Translations under genes and position numbers: made by a program | The notes under the pieces: model-generated | What the model was told of the DNA's origin: nothing | Databases searched by the model: none | What the model saw: the letters and a program-made list of their open reading frames with translations, nothing else | Source of the DNA: Camelus ferus | Lineage: Eukaryota | Assembly (NCBI RefSeq): GCF_009834535.1 | Contig: NC_045697.1 | Coordinates: forward strand, 58,592,001-58,656,000 | DNA length: 64,000 nucleotides | Reading direction: 5' to 3' | Part shown: piece by piece, positions 22,973-38,044 of the stretch | Layout of the letters: each line of letters opens with the position of its first letter | How positions within the stretch are numbered: position 1 is the first letter of the stretch

Positions 22973-24051
22973 ATAAGCAAAACAAAATGACAACCTATGG
23001 AATGGGAGAAAATATTTGCAAATGATGTGATTGACAAAGGCTTAATTCCCAGAATATATAAACAGCTCATACAACTTAAAAAGAAAAAACAAACAACCCA
23101 AGCCAAAGATGAGAGGAAGACCTAAACAAGCAATTCTCCAAGGAAGAAATACAAATGATCAACAGGCACATGAAAAAATGCTCAATATCACTAATTATCA
23201 GAGAAATGTAAACCAAAACTACAATGAAGTACCACCTGACACCAGTCAGAATGGCCATCATTTGAAAGTCTGTGAATGGTAAATGCTGGAGAGGATGTGG
23301 AGAAAAGGGAACCCTCCTACACTGTTGGTGGGAATGTAGTTTGGTGCAGCCATTATGGAGATTCCTCAAAAAACTAAAAATAGACTTACCCTAAGATACA
23401 GCAATCCCACTCCTGGGCATATATCCAGGGGGAATTTTAATTCAAAAAGAAACACGCACCCCAGTGTTCTTAGCAGCACTGTTAACAATAGCCAAGACAT
23501 GGAAACAACCTAAATGTCCATTGACAGAGGACTGGATAAAGAAGCTGTGGTATATCTATACAATGGAATACTACTTGGCCATAAAAAAGAATAAAATAAT
23601 GTCACTTGCAGCAACATAGATGGACATGGAGATTGTCATTCTAAGTGAAGTAAGCCAGAAAGAGAAAGAAAAATACCATATGATATCACTCATATGTGGA
23701 ATCTAAACAAAAGAAAAAAAGGCAACACTAATGATGTCATCTACAGAACAGGAATAGACTCCCAGACATAGTAAAAAATCTTATGGTTACCAGGGAAAGG
23801 GGGTGGGAAGGGATACATTTGGGAGTTTGAGAGTTGCAAATGTTAGCCACTACAAATATATAAATACATTTTTTAAAAGTTTCCTCTGTATAGCACAGGG
23901 AACTATATTCAATATCTTGTAATAACCTTTAATGAAAAAGAATATAAAAATGAATATCTGTGTGTATATGCATGGCTGGGACATTGTGCTGTACACCAGA
24001 AACTGATGCATTGTCATTGACTGTACTTTAATTAAAAAAAAAAAAAAAAAA
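22973..24051 (+). mobile_element. 5'-truncated L1 (ORF2 end, 3' UTR, poly(A))
   Basis: Homologous to the 11481 element; A run at ~24034-24051; TSD not clearly resolved. Confidence 0.92.
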
Positions 24052-24437
24052 CTCTATTCACCATTAAAAAAAAAGAATGTATTGGTCTGTGTTAGTGAGT
24101 TCAAGATATCATGCATATCACAGAATGTCAGAACAGAAAAAGGTCATACTGTTCATTTGGTTCAAACTGCCCTTCAGAGAGGAGTCACACAGTATATAAG
24201 TGGCAAAGCTGGACTGCAAATACCATTTCTGAAATCCAAGTCCTGTGTTCTTTTGCCTACCTACTATTTCCCTACTGTACTAAATCAGAATCATTTTGGT
24301 GATGGAGCTTAGGAAGCCGATTTTAGTCTGATTTAAAAATACACCCCCTCCCCACCAAAATAAAAAATAAAAATTGGTTCAGATGCACTCCCAGGAAGAG
24401 AACCACTAACCTAGTAGTTGTGTAGTGTTGTGCTGGA

Positions 24438-24626
24438 AACATGCTTCTCACACTTTCACAAACATCAGAATCACTTGGAAAGCTAGTTTAAACACAGATT
24501 TCTGGGTTACCTCTCAATGATTCTGAGTTAGTCAGTCTGAGATAGGGTCCAGGAACATGTAATTCTAACAAGCTCCCAGGCGAGGCTAACGCTAGTGGTC
24601 CAGGGATCATACTCTGAATTGCACTG
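24438..24626. mobile_element. MER5A-like hAT MITE
   Basis: CATCAGAATCACTTGGA, TTCTAACAAGCTCCCAGG. Confidence 0.7.
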
Positions 24627-25109
24627 TGATGGGGAGCAAGGCCACTAGCATATGCAGAGACTTGGGAGGTTTCCCAAGAGTAGTGCTGGCAGTGGTGCTA
24701 CACATAATACCAAGGACCATGTCTGTGGGGACAACGGTCTGCCTTGTTTTCAGCCAGGGCTAGACGATTCAATATCCCATCATAGGTCAGTCTCCTTCTC
24801 TTCTAACCCACATTTGAGAATGCCAACCAACAACTCTAGCTAAAAGTGGGTCAGGCCAAGGTGAAGCATGCAAATGCCTGTACTTTGGCTGATCTAGATT
24901 CTGGCTTATAGCTACAGCTCTGCCCCATGGTTTCTGTCTTTGGTGTAGACTATTTTGAGCAACAGTATCTTCTTCCCAATGCTCTTCTGAATGTGAGCAT
25001 GTCATTAACTTGTCCTGGCTTTCCTGGGACTTTCTCAGTTTTAAAATTGAAAGGCTCACATCATGGTAGCTATCTAAATCCTAGGGAAACCAAAAAGGTT
25101 GGCCACTCT

Positions 25110-25637
25110 ACCTTGCCATTCCCCCATCAAAAGGAAGAGTCTCATTCATCTTCCTTGAATCCTTGCTTTCCTTAGTACCAGTACAGCCTTGTACCAATAG
25201 AATGTTCCTGAAGTGATGGTACACAAGTTGCAGGGCTAGGTCAGAAAAGGCTGTGCAACTTCTACTGTTCTCTTGGAACATTTGCTGTCCAGAAGCTTTA
25301 ATTTGGGGCACTCTCTTCAGACAGCAGATGCCATGCTGAGAAAAGTCAATTCCACATGGGAAAGACACATGTAGATGTTACAGTTATAAGTTCCAGGTAG
25401 GTTTGGGCTTCAGGTAATCAAGCCCCAACAGTTGAGTTGTGAGTAAAGAAGCTTCCAGATGATTCTATCCTCAGTCATTTAAGTCACCTGTTCAAAACTT
25501 CTCAGCTGAGGCCATAGAAATCATGGAGCAAAAACAAACCAATTCTACCATGCTAGGGACCCCAGAATTCATGAGTAGAATAAAATGACAGTTACTTAAT
25601 TTGGGGTAGTTAGTTATGTACCACTAGGTAATCACAA
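25110..25637 (+). mobile_element. Old MaLR LTR (MLT1H-like)
   Basis: CCAATAGAATG..GAAGTGATG, CAGCTGAGGCC, TTTGGGGTAGTT 3' end motifs. Confidence 0.6.
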
Positions 25638-26239
25638 TCCCATCTAATTAAAAAGGGACCAACCTTGTTTCTATTTACTTGGCTCTTTGAAGACTCTTGC
25701 TTAAGCATGCTGCTTCTCAGCTGAATTTAATCTTCCGTCCCTTTGATTTCTTGATTTAATCCAACCTATTAATCTAGTCTTTTAGAATATTTTTTTCTAA
25801 ACAAACATTCATAAGCACTAACAATTCATTGGGCATTTCCCTAAATTGACAACCTATATTATTTTATGTCTTCTTCGTGATACACTGTAATGTTATTATC
25901 CCCATTTCACAGATGCCCAAGCTGACGTTTTGTAAGCACTGGATTATGAATTCAAATACACACCTCATTCCAAAGTCCTTGCTTTTAACAATCATGCAAT
26001 ATTCTTCTGCTCCCACTTCTCCCCAGTCATTCTCTGATAATGCTAAATGGTCTTCTTAATTTGGAACTTTGCTTTTTTTTTTTTTTAAACAAGAGGATAG
26101 AACTACCCTTGTACACCTATCCTATTTCAAAATAGTGTTTTCTGACACAAAGTGGCACCCTGGGTCCCCACTATACTAGAAAATAAGTTTTAATATTTCA
26201 TATGTAGAAGTACTTGCCAACTTAACACAAAATGATGAG

Positions 26240-26520
26240 TGATTTAGTAGAGTAATATTTGACAATGTGACTTAAGGAAAAAAGCAGGCTTAAGGATTAG
26301 GCTGAACATGATTCTTATCCTGGCTCCATCACTTCCTATGGTTGGATAAGTTACTTTACACTCGCTGACACTCCATTTTTTTATTTGTAACAGAAGGATG
26401 ATGATGATTATAATGATGATATCTTGTAATATTGTGATGATTATTAAATAAGAAGACATAAAGTGCCCCAAAGAGTAGTTGCCACATGGCAGGCACTCCC
26501 AAGGCAGCTATTAATGACAC
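26240..26520 (+). mobile_element. MIR SINE (other MIR remnants near 220-400, 2925-3060, 33990-34200, 36380-36560, 45880-46080, 56740-56950)
   Basis: ATCCTGGCTCCATCACTT...TTTGTAA...GGATGATGAT...AAAGTGC core pattern. Confidence 0.55.
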
Positions 26521-28361
26521 GCAAAAGCTCTGAGAGGTGACTGCACTGGAATCGGACATTCAGTGACAACTCTTAGCTGTTGCGCCCAGGGGAAATCCCG
26601 CAGATGGAGCAGAGTGGATGAGAAGATTTGTATAACGTTGGCATCATCAAAGAGGCCCAGATATTGGCATCAGCATACTGTACTGATGCCAGCATCACAG
26701 AAGTCTTCTACTCCACCCAGATTCAAGAGAGATAAAACGATTAGTTGGCAACTGCTGTTATCCTATATCTGCTTGTGGGCAAATTTGTTCACTTTCCTAC
26801 CAGCATCACACATAATTCCACATTTCTCTCCAACTCTGATAATTTGATTTTGGACAATGTCAGTAAATAAAAGGGCTTAAGTTCATCTCTATATTGTTAA
26901 AGAAGAAAACAAAAAGAGAAGAGAATGGGACTGTTCTCAGGTAAGTTGTCCTAAGCTGGAGGTAGGGAAGGACGGAAACAACACACACACTTATACACAC
27001 ACACACACACACACCCGTGCTTCTTTGATTTGCATGTTAGAAAGCCACTGGGGAGCTTTTAAAAATTCCAATGCCCTGCCACCCTGAAGCTACTGAATCA
27101 AAACTCTCCACAAGTAGTTCTTGTGTAGTAGTTCACAAGTATATCCTGTAGTGAGAGGCTTTGTTCCAAAACAATAAACATATATACACCTTTATTTCTA
27201 TTTTTAAAGGTAAGTATATGGATTTGAACGTTGAAAAATAGCTTTTAGCATGGTGTTATTTTATTAACTTAAATGCAATGAGACCGTATTTCTCTAATTC
27301 AGATAAAGCACAGAAAAAATATAATGTCATATTTCTTTAACTTGAATAATTAGGCACTAACTTACTTCCTTTAAGATTGGTTTCACTGATGAGGTAACTG
27401 GTTCTGTTTAGTGGTAGTCACCTCTTTAGTAAGAATGCCATTTTAATTCTACATACTACAGAAACAGATCATTATTGCAGACCCATAATCACAGTTACTT
27501 CCCAGCACTTAATCAGAATGAAGTTATAAATACCTGTTAATAATGTTTTGTTAAGTTTGAATTTCTTGTACTTCTTACAGAACTGCATGAGGTTACTGCT
27601 GTTTCTATGCCATGCTTTTCAACTTACAAATTGGAAAGAGAACAATAATATACTGAGAAAATGTGGAATTCTGGTTCACTGAAACCTACATAATGATTAG
27701 GGACTTCATTTCTAAATGTTTTAAATCATTTCAACATCAAGGAATTAGAAAAAACTAACAAAAACATTAAAAACCATCATGACTACAGTATGAAAAAACT
27801 AAATGTAGTTACTAATTTGCAATATTACCACTAAGAATACTTTTATTATTACTTGATCTGTAAATTATTTCAGAGTTCTAAGAATTTCACCTAGTTTCCT
27901 TTCTGCTTATCTGGATTAATAGGTAGAAAAAAAAGATACAGCCCATGTTAAATCAAACAGTCCTAAATAAGGGTATTTAAAAATTTTACTAACCATCCAT
28001 CCATTAGACATTTTTCAAATGCAAGCTCTACTGTAGGTGGTACATTAAACACTGAAAAATACACAGGTAAATGAGCCCAGAAATGCTAACAGTATAGTAT
28101 ATATACATATATTTCATACCTAGTATATGTATAGAATAATGATTATGGAAGTATTCATAGCAATACAGCATTGATTTTACTTCTCAAATTTAATTTATTG
28201 ATTTCTATCCTGTAAATTCTAATTCCCTAGCCATATCCTACCTATATTCTTTTCTCCATCAATCCATAGACATGATGGTATTCACAACTATCACTTCAGA
28301 CTTCTTTCCATAGGTTGATGACAAAAAAATTTCCATCTCTAAGCCAGACCTTTTTATAGAT

Positions 28362-28700
28362 CAAGGGTCAGCAAATTAGGGACCTTTGGCCAAATCTGCC
28401 CCATTGCCTGTTTTTGTATAGTCCATAAGTGCAGAATATTTTTTCTCTCCCCATTTTTAATAGTTATGAAAAAAAAAGAATGCTTCATGATGTGAGAATA
28501 ATATGAAATCATGTATTAGTGTATTAGTGTTCATAAAGTTTTACTGCAACACAGCCTGCCTCATTTGTTTACATAATGTGTATGGCTGCGTCCCAGCTTC
28601 AACAATAGAACTGAGCAGCTGTGAAAGAGACCTTCTACAGCCTTCATAGACTAAAGTAGTTATTATTTGATCTTTCATAATAAAAGTTTGCCAGCTCCTG
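28362..28700. mobile_element. MER58-like hAT MITE
   Basis: TIRs CAAGGGTCAGCAAA / TTTGCCAGCTCCTG; 8-bp TSD-like TTATAGAT / CTCTAGAT. Confidence 0.8.
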
Positions 28701-30124
28701 CTCTAGATCATTTTATTTACTACCTTTTGGGTGTGTCGCCTCTGCGACCCATTGGTATCTCAAACTCAGTATGCTAAAACATAACTCATTATCTTTCCTC
28801 ACAAACCAACTTCTGTTCCTTTCAATAATGAAGTCATTTGGGACATATTTACTCTTACCACTTATCAATGACTTAAGTTCCAAATGATTCTGCCTCATCG
28901 AAGTATCTCACATTTGTCTTCCTCTCTCTCATTTTGCTAAACCTTAATTCATCTTTCATGCGGCCTATTAAAAGTTATTCAACATCTTTCTCAGCTGTCT
29001 ACAATCTTATGTTCCTCCAAAGCTTTCCTCAGCATTCTGCCCTGACACACTTAAGGGCTGTTGCAATGCCTCTCTTAGGTCTATTATTCCATCATAGTGG
29101 AGGAAACTGGTAGTGCTTAGGTGGTAGGAAGTTAAAATAAAACCCCAAGACTTACTGACAGGCAAGTCACCTTCATTGTCCTTGATCAACAGTTGTTAGA
29201 ATAACCTGATCATCTTATTCCCTTATTTAAAACTCTAGCCCCCTATAACCCAGAGTTTTCCCGTATTTCTAAGCTTTACTCTTACAGAAGGTTTTCTCAT
29301 ATAGACTCTCTACTCCCAACATTATTGAGAAATTCTCGAACACTAGCACTTGCCTGAATTTGACATACTGCTTCAGTCATCTGACTATGCCTTTGGTTCC
29401 TCAACTTTTTTGTCATGATGAAAGATGATTAAGCTCTGGAATCACTAGTCCTGCAAGGCTTTTGTAAACTGTCCCTATCCTCTGGAATTGATGATTCCTT
29501 CTTTAATGCTCTCAATGGACCCAGGCCAACAGTTTACTTAATTACTCTTATTGATTATCTGCCCAATGTCCTGTACTAGACTGTTACTTCCTTGAAATTA
29601 GGGACTAAGTTTGTATCTTCACAGCCTAGCAACTGGTAGGCATTTGATTTTGGTTGGCTGAAAAAACTAAAGGAATTATATCTATCACCTTTCAGAAACT
29701 ATTAGACAAATATTTTCTTCATTGATAGCTCATAACGCTCATAAAACCACTTTAAAATTATTTAAAGTGAATCATTAAAGTCCCAAAATGGGCCACTTGT
29801 GCATTTTACTAGTAACAAGTTGCTGATATCTAAGGAACAAAATTAAATCTGTCATGATCTTTTCAATAGCCTCAAGAAAATTTTTAAAAGTGAAAAATAG
29901 TCTTTATTGATATTCCCAATCACTAGCTCAATATTCTTTACTGATAGTCAATTCACTCACTAAACAATGTCTTTTAAATCAGAACTCCTACCTGTTGACA
30001 AGCAAACAAATAACATTTTTTTCAAAGTTTCTGGATTTTATTGCTTCTGGAAAATTCTTCAATACAAAAACTCAGTCAACTCTATAATTGAGAGACTTTT
30101 GGTTTCATAATTTTTTTTCTTTTT

Positions 30125-31200
30125 TAATTAAATTTTTATTTTACAATTAAAATAAACTGGTTTCTAGTTTACTACATGAAATTTGCAAAGTAATCTGGTT
30201 TCCTATATACTTAGCACTCAGTTTCCCCATTTTTAACATCTTCCATTACTATAGTACACTTGTCACACAAACAAGTATTAATAAATTATTATTAACCAAA
30301 TGCCATATTTATTAGCTTTTCCCTAATGTCTTTTTTCTGTTCTAGGATCCCATCCAGGATAGCACATTACATTTAGTTGTCATGTCTGCTTAGCTTTCTT
30401 TAGACTGTGACACTCTCTGACATTTTTTTGTTTTTGAAGATCTTGACAATTTTGAGGAGTGGTAGTTAGATAACGTGTACAATGCTCTTAAATTTATGGT
30501 TGTCTCTTGTCCTTTTCTCATGGTTAGAATGTGAATGTAGATTTGGGAAAGATGCCCACAGAGGTGAAGTACCATTTTAATCACATAACTTTTAGTGTAT
30601 GTGCTATTAACATGTCTGATTGATGATGAAATTAGCAAAGATCATCTGACTGAGGTACTGTTTCCCTTATTTCTCCACTGTAAACTTACTTTTTGGTTTT
30701 CCCCCTTCCATGTTGTATTCTTTGATAACATGCTATTACGTGTAACCTACACCAAAGGTGTGGGAATTAAGCTCCATCTTGTTGATTAAACGCTTTAATT
30801 CCAATAACACAAGTTATTTGGAATTTTTTTCTATAGGAGATGTGTCTCTCCTTCATTTATTTAATCATTTATTTGTATCACTATGGACTCATGACTATCT
30901 ATTTTATACTCTAGATGTAATCCAATTCTACATCATTTATTTAATCTGTTGCACAAATTATTTCAGCTTTGGCCACGGGAGCTCTTTCCCACTGGTTGCT
31001 CTCATCTCTTATTGACAAGTCCCCATTGTTTTATTTTTTGAGACCTTTCTTATTTTCTGGCACTCAAGACTTTCCAGGCTCATTTTGTATACTTCCTCTA
31101 TGGTGAGACATTTCTCCAAGGAGTTTTTCCTTTGATTGGAGAATCGTATTAGAAACCAAGACTTGGGTGCTGGATGGTTTCTTTTACTTTTGATACTGGC
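30125..31200 (-). mobile_element. Old L1 (L1MC-like) 3' UTR fragment
   Basis: GGATCCCATCCAGGAT..CACATTACATTTAGTTGTCATGTCT; ATTAGAAACCAAGA. Confidence 0.75.
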
Positions 31201-32012
31201 TTCATTTTGCAAGGAAAGTATTGACCAGTCAACTTTCTGGATGCCCTCCATTAGAATTCCATCAATCTTTCTAATGAATATAATACAATCATATTCACAT
31301 GCATATGTGTGTATTTCTACAAATAAAGAGGCAATAAATTCCCAGATACTCTGGCTTATAAATATGCCAAAATAGAAGGTTTCTAGAAAAATAAACCAGA
31401 CCAAATGGTAACTAATATATCAGCATCCATAACTACTCAAAAAGATAGATATGCTTTCAATGTCAAGGTACAGATCTTTTAAGTCCAGGCTACAGAAAAG
31501 AGACTATAAATAAAAAACAACTAAGTTCTGGAATCATTGTAGTTCATACTCTCCACTTCTGCTTCTCCTTGTTGAGTTTTACAAATGAACTTGTTCCCTA
31601 GTACTGTGACTGGAACTCCAGGAAAGTAAGAGTAAATCTCAAATATTAGGAACCGAATATAAACATCAATTTAAGGAATGCAAATCATGTAAAAAAAATG
31701 CTTCAGCAAGTGGCTCTGAGATAACACTCTTGGTAGGTCAGAGTTAAAGGACACAAATGTGCTTCTTTAGTGTCTCTAGGAGAGAAAAGTTCTTCAAAAT
31801 AATTAAAGCAATAATACTTCTTTATGGTAGAAAGTACTTATTAATTTTTTGAAGTATTTTCAAAGCCACTATGCTGCAGCTGAAAGTAAAATTATGTAGT
31901 AAAAAATAAGAAAATTTGCAGATGATGAGACAATAAACACACTGTGAAAGCTTACTGATGGTTTGGGAGAGGAAAATCTGGTCATAATATTCCACTCTCC
32001 TCAGAAATAAAA

Positions 32013-32740
32013 CTGTGGTATAATAAAAAATCTATCTGGTCTTTGTCCCAGGTTCCTGGCACAGAACTCCTAAAATCCTTGGAATTTCCTGAGTGATATG
32101 AATGTCTTTTGTTATTCATAACAAGTTCTGGGTTTATGCTAATGAGATAGCTCAGGGTGGGACCTCTAGATGGCTTCTGGAGGGGGCTGGTTAACAGAAA
32201 GACCAAACATATGATTAGAGGATGGGAAATTTAGGCCTCATTCTCCAAGCTTCTGGGAGTGGAGAGCGAGGATGGGTTATATAAACCTTTTTAAACCACA
32301 AGATTCTGAAAGTTTCTGGGTTAGTTGAACACATTTATGTGCTGGGAGGTGACACCCAGAGAGGACACTGAAGCTGTGCAGAAACCCACACACCATCTTA
32401 CAAATCACTTCCATTTGGCAGTTCTTGAGTTGCAGATAAAGCTGTAATCCTAAATAGAGCACTCCCATGAGTTCAGAGTTCCATGGTTTGTTCCACAGAA
32501 TGATTAAACTTGAGGTGCGGGGAAGGAGTCATGGGAACCCTCTGAATTTGTAGCTAGCTGGGCAGAAGTGTGGGGACCCGGGCACCCATTTGTGGCTGGC
32601 ATCTGAGTGGAGGCAGTCTTCCTGGGACTGAGCTTTTAACCTGTGGAGTCTGCTCTTACTCTGGAGTTACTGTCAGAATTGAATGGAACTGAACTGTTAG
32701 ACACCGAGTTGGTGTCAGAAAACAATACACACACAAACAA
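32013..32740 (+). mobile_element. MER21-like LTR
   Basis: TCCTGGCACAGAACTCCTAAAATCCTTGGAATTTCCTGAGTGATA and downstream MER21 motifs. Confidence 0.75.
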
Positions 32741-35700
32741 TATGAAAATATATCTCAAACAAATGAAAGATATACCATAGAGTCCCTTAATGTTCTTTAA
32801 TCCCAGACTTTCTTTTCATAGTGCCTTCAATGCAGTAGTAAGAAAGACAAAGAAATATTGCTAATATTTTGAAATTGTAACTGAGAACTTTTTTCTTTTT
32901 TTAAAGAGAATATTAGGCGTCAATAGCATTCTAAGTTTTTAGTCAAAAAGGGAAGTAGCAAATGAGAGAGAAAAGCTGGGAATACATTTTTACAGAAATT
33001 AAAAAAATACTATAGATTGCTAATCACTTAGGAAATGGTGCTGGTATGATGCTACAAAACTTTAAACTCTAAACAGAATGTTAAAACATTGCATTCTTTC
33101 AAAATGGTTGAAAATGTGAAGGAGGGCATTTTATAAGTACAAAAGCAGGGAATAAGTCATCAGGAAGCTCTTGAAAAGACACCACAGGTGACTGCTGAAA
33201 ATAGTGGCCACCAAATACCAGCCCAGGAACATCCACTGATCCTTTTGACTTTTCCCCAGAACTCAAAACAATATCATTTATTCTGAGGTTTTGACCTTTA
33301 TTCTCCCTTTTCTCATTGGAGAATAGTCTTAAATATTATTTCCTCTTATGAAATGATGCCAATAATAGCTTTTAACAAACAAAATTATATATGCATATAA
33401 TATCCTTAGTTGGTAAAAGTTTTAAAAAGTTGTCAATCTTGTGTTTCTCATCCCTTATTTATGCATATAAGTATTTATCTGGTTAAGTTTTACTAGTACA
33501 AAAAGGCCCCTTCAGGGCATGTAACCCGAATTATTAGGGTAGTTTGGGTGAACTGTGCCGAAGATAAGAACAAATTAGGTAAGGAGGGTGGAACATAGAG
33601 CTGGATAAAAAATGTCCTGCATTATTTATCATTGAAAAGCAATGCATTTATCCCATTTCTTGAAGTTACTTAACAACAGCTAAATCTCAGTGAGGACTGT
33701 TGATGGCTGTGCTCATCCTTGGCTGTGAAGAACCAGTTAAACTGACATAAGAGGCGATCTTGACTTAGGCCATTGAGGGCGGAGACCTAAAGGGAAACTT
33801 GAGTAAGACGATCTTTGACAGTGCTATTCTAATGCAGGAAAGTGATTCATTGTTTAGTAGATCTCAGACTGCATGTGTATAATGTGTTATGTTAGAACAG
33901 TCTGGGTTTACTGTTTTGTTTTCTTCATCCAACTTGTAAAAACCACTTGGGGGCATGATTAATTGTTAAATAAATGTTAAAATTAAAGTGAAGAATTTCC
34001 ATAAATCAACTTACTAGCTTTGTATCTGGGCAAGTGACCACACTCTCTGGGCTTTAGTTACCTTGCCTGTAAAATGGGGAGAAACAGTGCTTACTACATA
34101 AAATTATTGTAGGATTTAAAAACAGTATTTTTAAAAGTGTATGCAAAGTTGTCAAGCATACGACTAGTGTTTAATAAATATTAGTAACACAGGCTGTCAA
34201 TAATAATAACAGTAGTGTCATGGGGATATACCAAGATCAGAGAGATAAATTATCAAAATTTCCTAAATTTGCTTAACAGTGCAAATTCTGTTTCATCAAC
34301 ACAAGTCTAAAACATTAAGAATCTGGGAGATAAGCCCTGGGAATCTTTATGCCACGTCATTCTCGTGGCTATTACAGTGTGAAAACCACCAGGGCCTTAA
34401 GGAGATACTGGTTTACATTTATTCTATATGTTTATATTTCTTTAAGAAATAGTGGATGCTTAAGGCAATCAGTGATACTGGATTATTAAATCCTGTCCCT
34501 TTGAGTCCAGAGGGTAGACATTGTGCTAATTAAGAATAGGAGTACAAAGGGAGACAAGCTCTGACAGAGACATACCGCTAGGGCACAAAAGTTTCTTTCT
34601 TCTACAGCCAGTAGTAGTTGGTGATTTGAAAAAGAAGGAAGTTAGACACAGTTTTGAAAAGTAAGAAGCTGAGTTCTAAAACAGGATTCTTCTTTGGGCA
34701 AAAAGGTACCTGTGCAGGTACCTGGTAATTCCACATATTTTGAGACTTAACTCAAAGACTCTTCCACATTTAATTTTACACATTCTAACTAAATGTAATA
34801 AGCAGACTAAATAACTATGGCATCTGCATTTCAAAAACAGTGCTTTTTTAATTGTACTAAATAATACATCAATGTAGTATCAGTGTTAACTAAGCAGAAT
34901 TTAGAGAGACCAAGACAAACTTCCTTTTTAAAAAAGATCTTTTAAAAAACTGTTCTAATGAGTAAACAAAACCACAATAATATGGCCACCCTCAAATTTG
35001 TTATTTTCCATCCCGGAGACCTCCCAACATGTAAACTTAAAGATCTAAATTTTAAATTGCTTAGGCAAAACTTAGACAGTAACAATATATATTCTACTAG
35101 GACCTTTTTTTCTCCATAAACACATGCATAATTACATAATCAGTTCTGGACAAACATCGATCTTCTTTCTAATTGTATAGTAAAACAAGTCTTTACCATT
35201 GTATATCGATAATGTTTTTCAAGATTTAAAGAAGTAAACACACTGCATCTATTACATTATATCAAAAGCACATAAACAGTTTCACATGTCATTGGAGAGG
35301 TTTATTCTCTCCAATACCTCAAAGAAAAAAAAAAAACTCTTTAAAATATAATTTCAGGAAACATGAGTTTAGAGTAAAAATTTTAACAAAATCTCTACCA
35401 AAGTTTCTGTGTAGTAACTGTCCCCTAAAAAGTGACACTTGAGTGCATTGATTCAAGCCCCTTAATTTGTTACTCACATTATAGGTATTTAATAAATGCT
35501 CTTGAAATGAATATACAAAAACTATTCTGAGCTATACATCTTTGCTCATTTAAGTTAATACTAAAGATTGTCATAATTTCTCTGCATAATATGACTTTTG
35601 GATAAATCACTACACTTAAAAAGAAACAGATAAAAGAATTGTATATTAAGGTAATATATGTGATAAAAATAGTAGATGAAGATAAAACTACATGTGTTAT

Positions 35701-38044
35701 AGAATAAAAGATATGAAGTATTCAATTCAAATTTCTACTGCTGAATGATTAAAAATGCCATTTGGCTCACTTTTTAATTCACTTCCATTATTAGGAAATG
35801 TGCTTTTCTTTATTTCAATAAGGTAATGCCATTGGGGAAGATGATTCCATTTGGGGATAGAATTTTCAATAGCAGTATATCTTGATAGGAAATAATTTAT
35901 ATTTTACTCTATCTAAAGTTATCTTTTCCCCTTATCCCTTTCGTTGCACGGGGGATTCTTTCTAAATAGACTATTGAAAAAAATTTTAGATTTTCCATCT
36001 ATATTTAAATTTCCACTGCCTAAAATCCTATATAATATAAAAGACATTTAATGCTGTTATGAAGAAGTAATAGACCTGCCCAGAGTATCTAAGTGAAAAA
36101 GGCTACAAAGAAAATGCTGTCTAGAAAGATCCCAGAGAACCAGTGTTGTTATGTTGACAGTTTTTCTATAATTAACAATACAATTTTCCTGCATAGTCTG
36201 AAACTCTTTAGCCTAGAACAGTATTAGGGCAAAGGATCTAAAATAGATCAGGACTGTTCACTTAGTTACTAAGGTTAAGTTTATCATCTAATAATGGTAA
36301 AAGCTAAAGTCTGATATAAGAACCCATTCTACTCTTTATATTTTACAATGGTAAGTATATAGTAAACTGAATAATAGCACTTAAAACTAGGACAGGAAAC
36401 TCAATCATTTAATTTCTCTAAGATTCAGTGTCTGTATCTTTCAAATGGAAAAAATTTGATAATAATAATTCAGAATTGTGATGAGAATAAAAGAAAACAA
36501 TAAGCACAAGTTTCTTAGCAGAGTGCATGTGGCCAATGGCATGTGTTCAGTAAATATTAAGAGAATATGGACTGATCATCCAATGTTCTGAGTTAAAGAA
36601 TTCCTCTAGCTATTGTTTTCATCAAGATCTGGATCAGAGGGCGCTACATACTATTAGGAGTTAAGATACTGATGTGCACAATAGGAGAAATTAGGAAAAT
36701 AAAATAATGCCAAAAATCTGCCTGAATATGCTATATTATACCATTACGATTCAAGTAAATATTTTTCAAGTCAGTCTGTTTTACAAAAGCATTCTGTTTA
36801 CAAGTGATGTGTTTATACCTAAAATACCCATGGCAATGTTTACTGTAATATGAAAATATTTTAAGCAAGTCCTCAAATTAGGAGTAAACTAAATGTGTTT
36901 GGATATGTTGACTGTATTTTCTCTTTGTTTGTAAGAAATAAAGTCTCAGCTGGCATTTAGATATTAAAATAGAATAATATTTGTCAGAAAGAATTGGAAA
37001 TTTAACCTAAAGACAATTAAAATCAGAGATGAGAAATAAAAGATACAGAACTATTTCTAAAGGTTACATATAACTTCCATATAAAATGGATAAAAAGACC
37101 CCCAAAAGTGCTGCAGAGAGAATATTTAATGGGGTAGGAAGAATTAAGATACACCAGCTCGTGCCGAGTGAAAAAAGGGGGATACAGTTTTTGAACTGCA
37201 TCCCACAGAAATTATGTAAAATCCAGAAAACGCATTAGAATCCATTCCTAATGATACAGAGAGCTTGAGCACTCAGTGGAGCTGGGTAAGAAAGACAGCA
37301 AACTGCATTCAGAAGTTTGTGCCCTTGGGAAGCAATACTGCATTGGTTAGGGAATGCTAAAATATCATTGGATTTAAAGTGAAATTTGAGCATCTCTATA
37401 AGTGGACAGGACTTTTACAAATAGTAGTATGTGCTCTAATAAAAGAAAGTGACTTCTCATGGTAGACTATTGTGAGGGGAAAAAAATTCAAAAAGAAAAA
37501 AGGATCAGTAGAACATAAAGCAGAGAAAAAAGACATACAGACCAGCTGAAAATGAATAATTCTTTTACAACACTGGCTAAGACTTTTTACCAGATGAAAA
37601 ACGGGTTACTACTATAATTTTACTGCGTATAGCTAAAAGCTAAACTTGCTAAATGCATATACTTCCTATTAGTTGGTTCAGTTATTCTTAAGTATTTAGA
37701 CACCTTTATAAAGCATTTCTCTAAATATTGGTATGAACAGAGATCTGAATGGGCTGGAACTTTGTTCACTGCATTCTGTTATAATCTAGATACCTGTGAC
37801 ATCAGAGGCACGTCAGAAAATCCTAAGTGCATTTTAATTTTCCTATTATTTGTATATAAAAGGGTCTCTAGAACAGTCAGTCACAAGATGCTAAATTAGG
37901 CCTTTTAGAAAGTTTGGTAATTTAATTAATTTCTCCTTGTATAAGGTAATACTATGAATATTATTGACCTACAAGTAAAAACTACTATTCACTCATTATC
38001 AAAATAGATAATAAATTTATTGAATAAAATTTAAGATGTATAGA

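Noticed and set aside
26664..26690. Short inverted repeats (TGGCATCAG/CTGATGCCA; also 5824-5851, 34704-34723)
   Set aside because: Arms of 9-11 bp are expected occasionally by chance in 64 kb.
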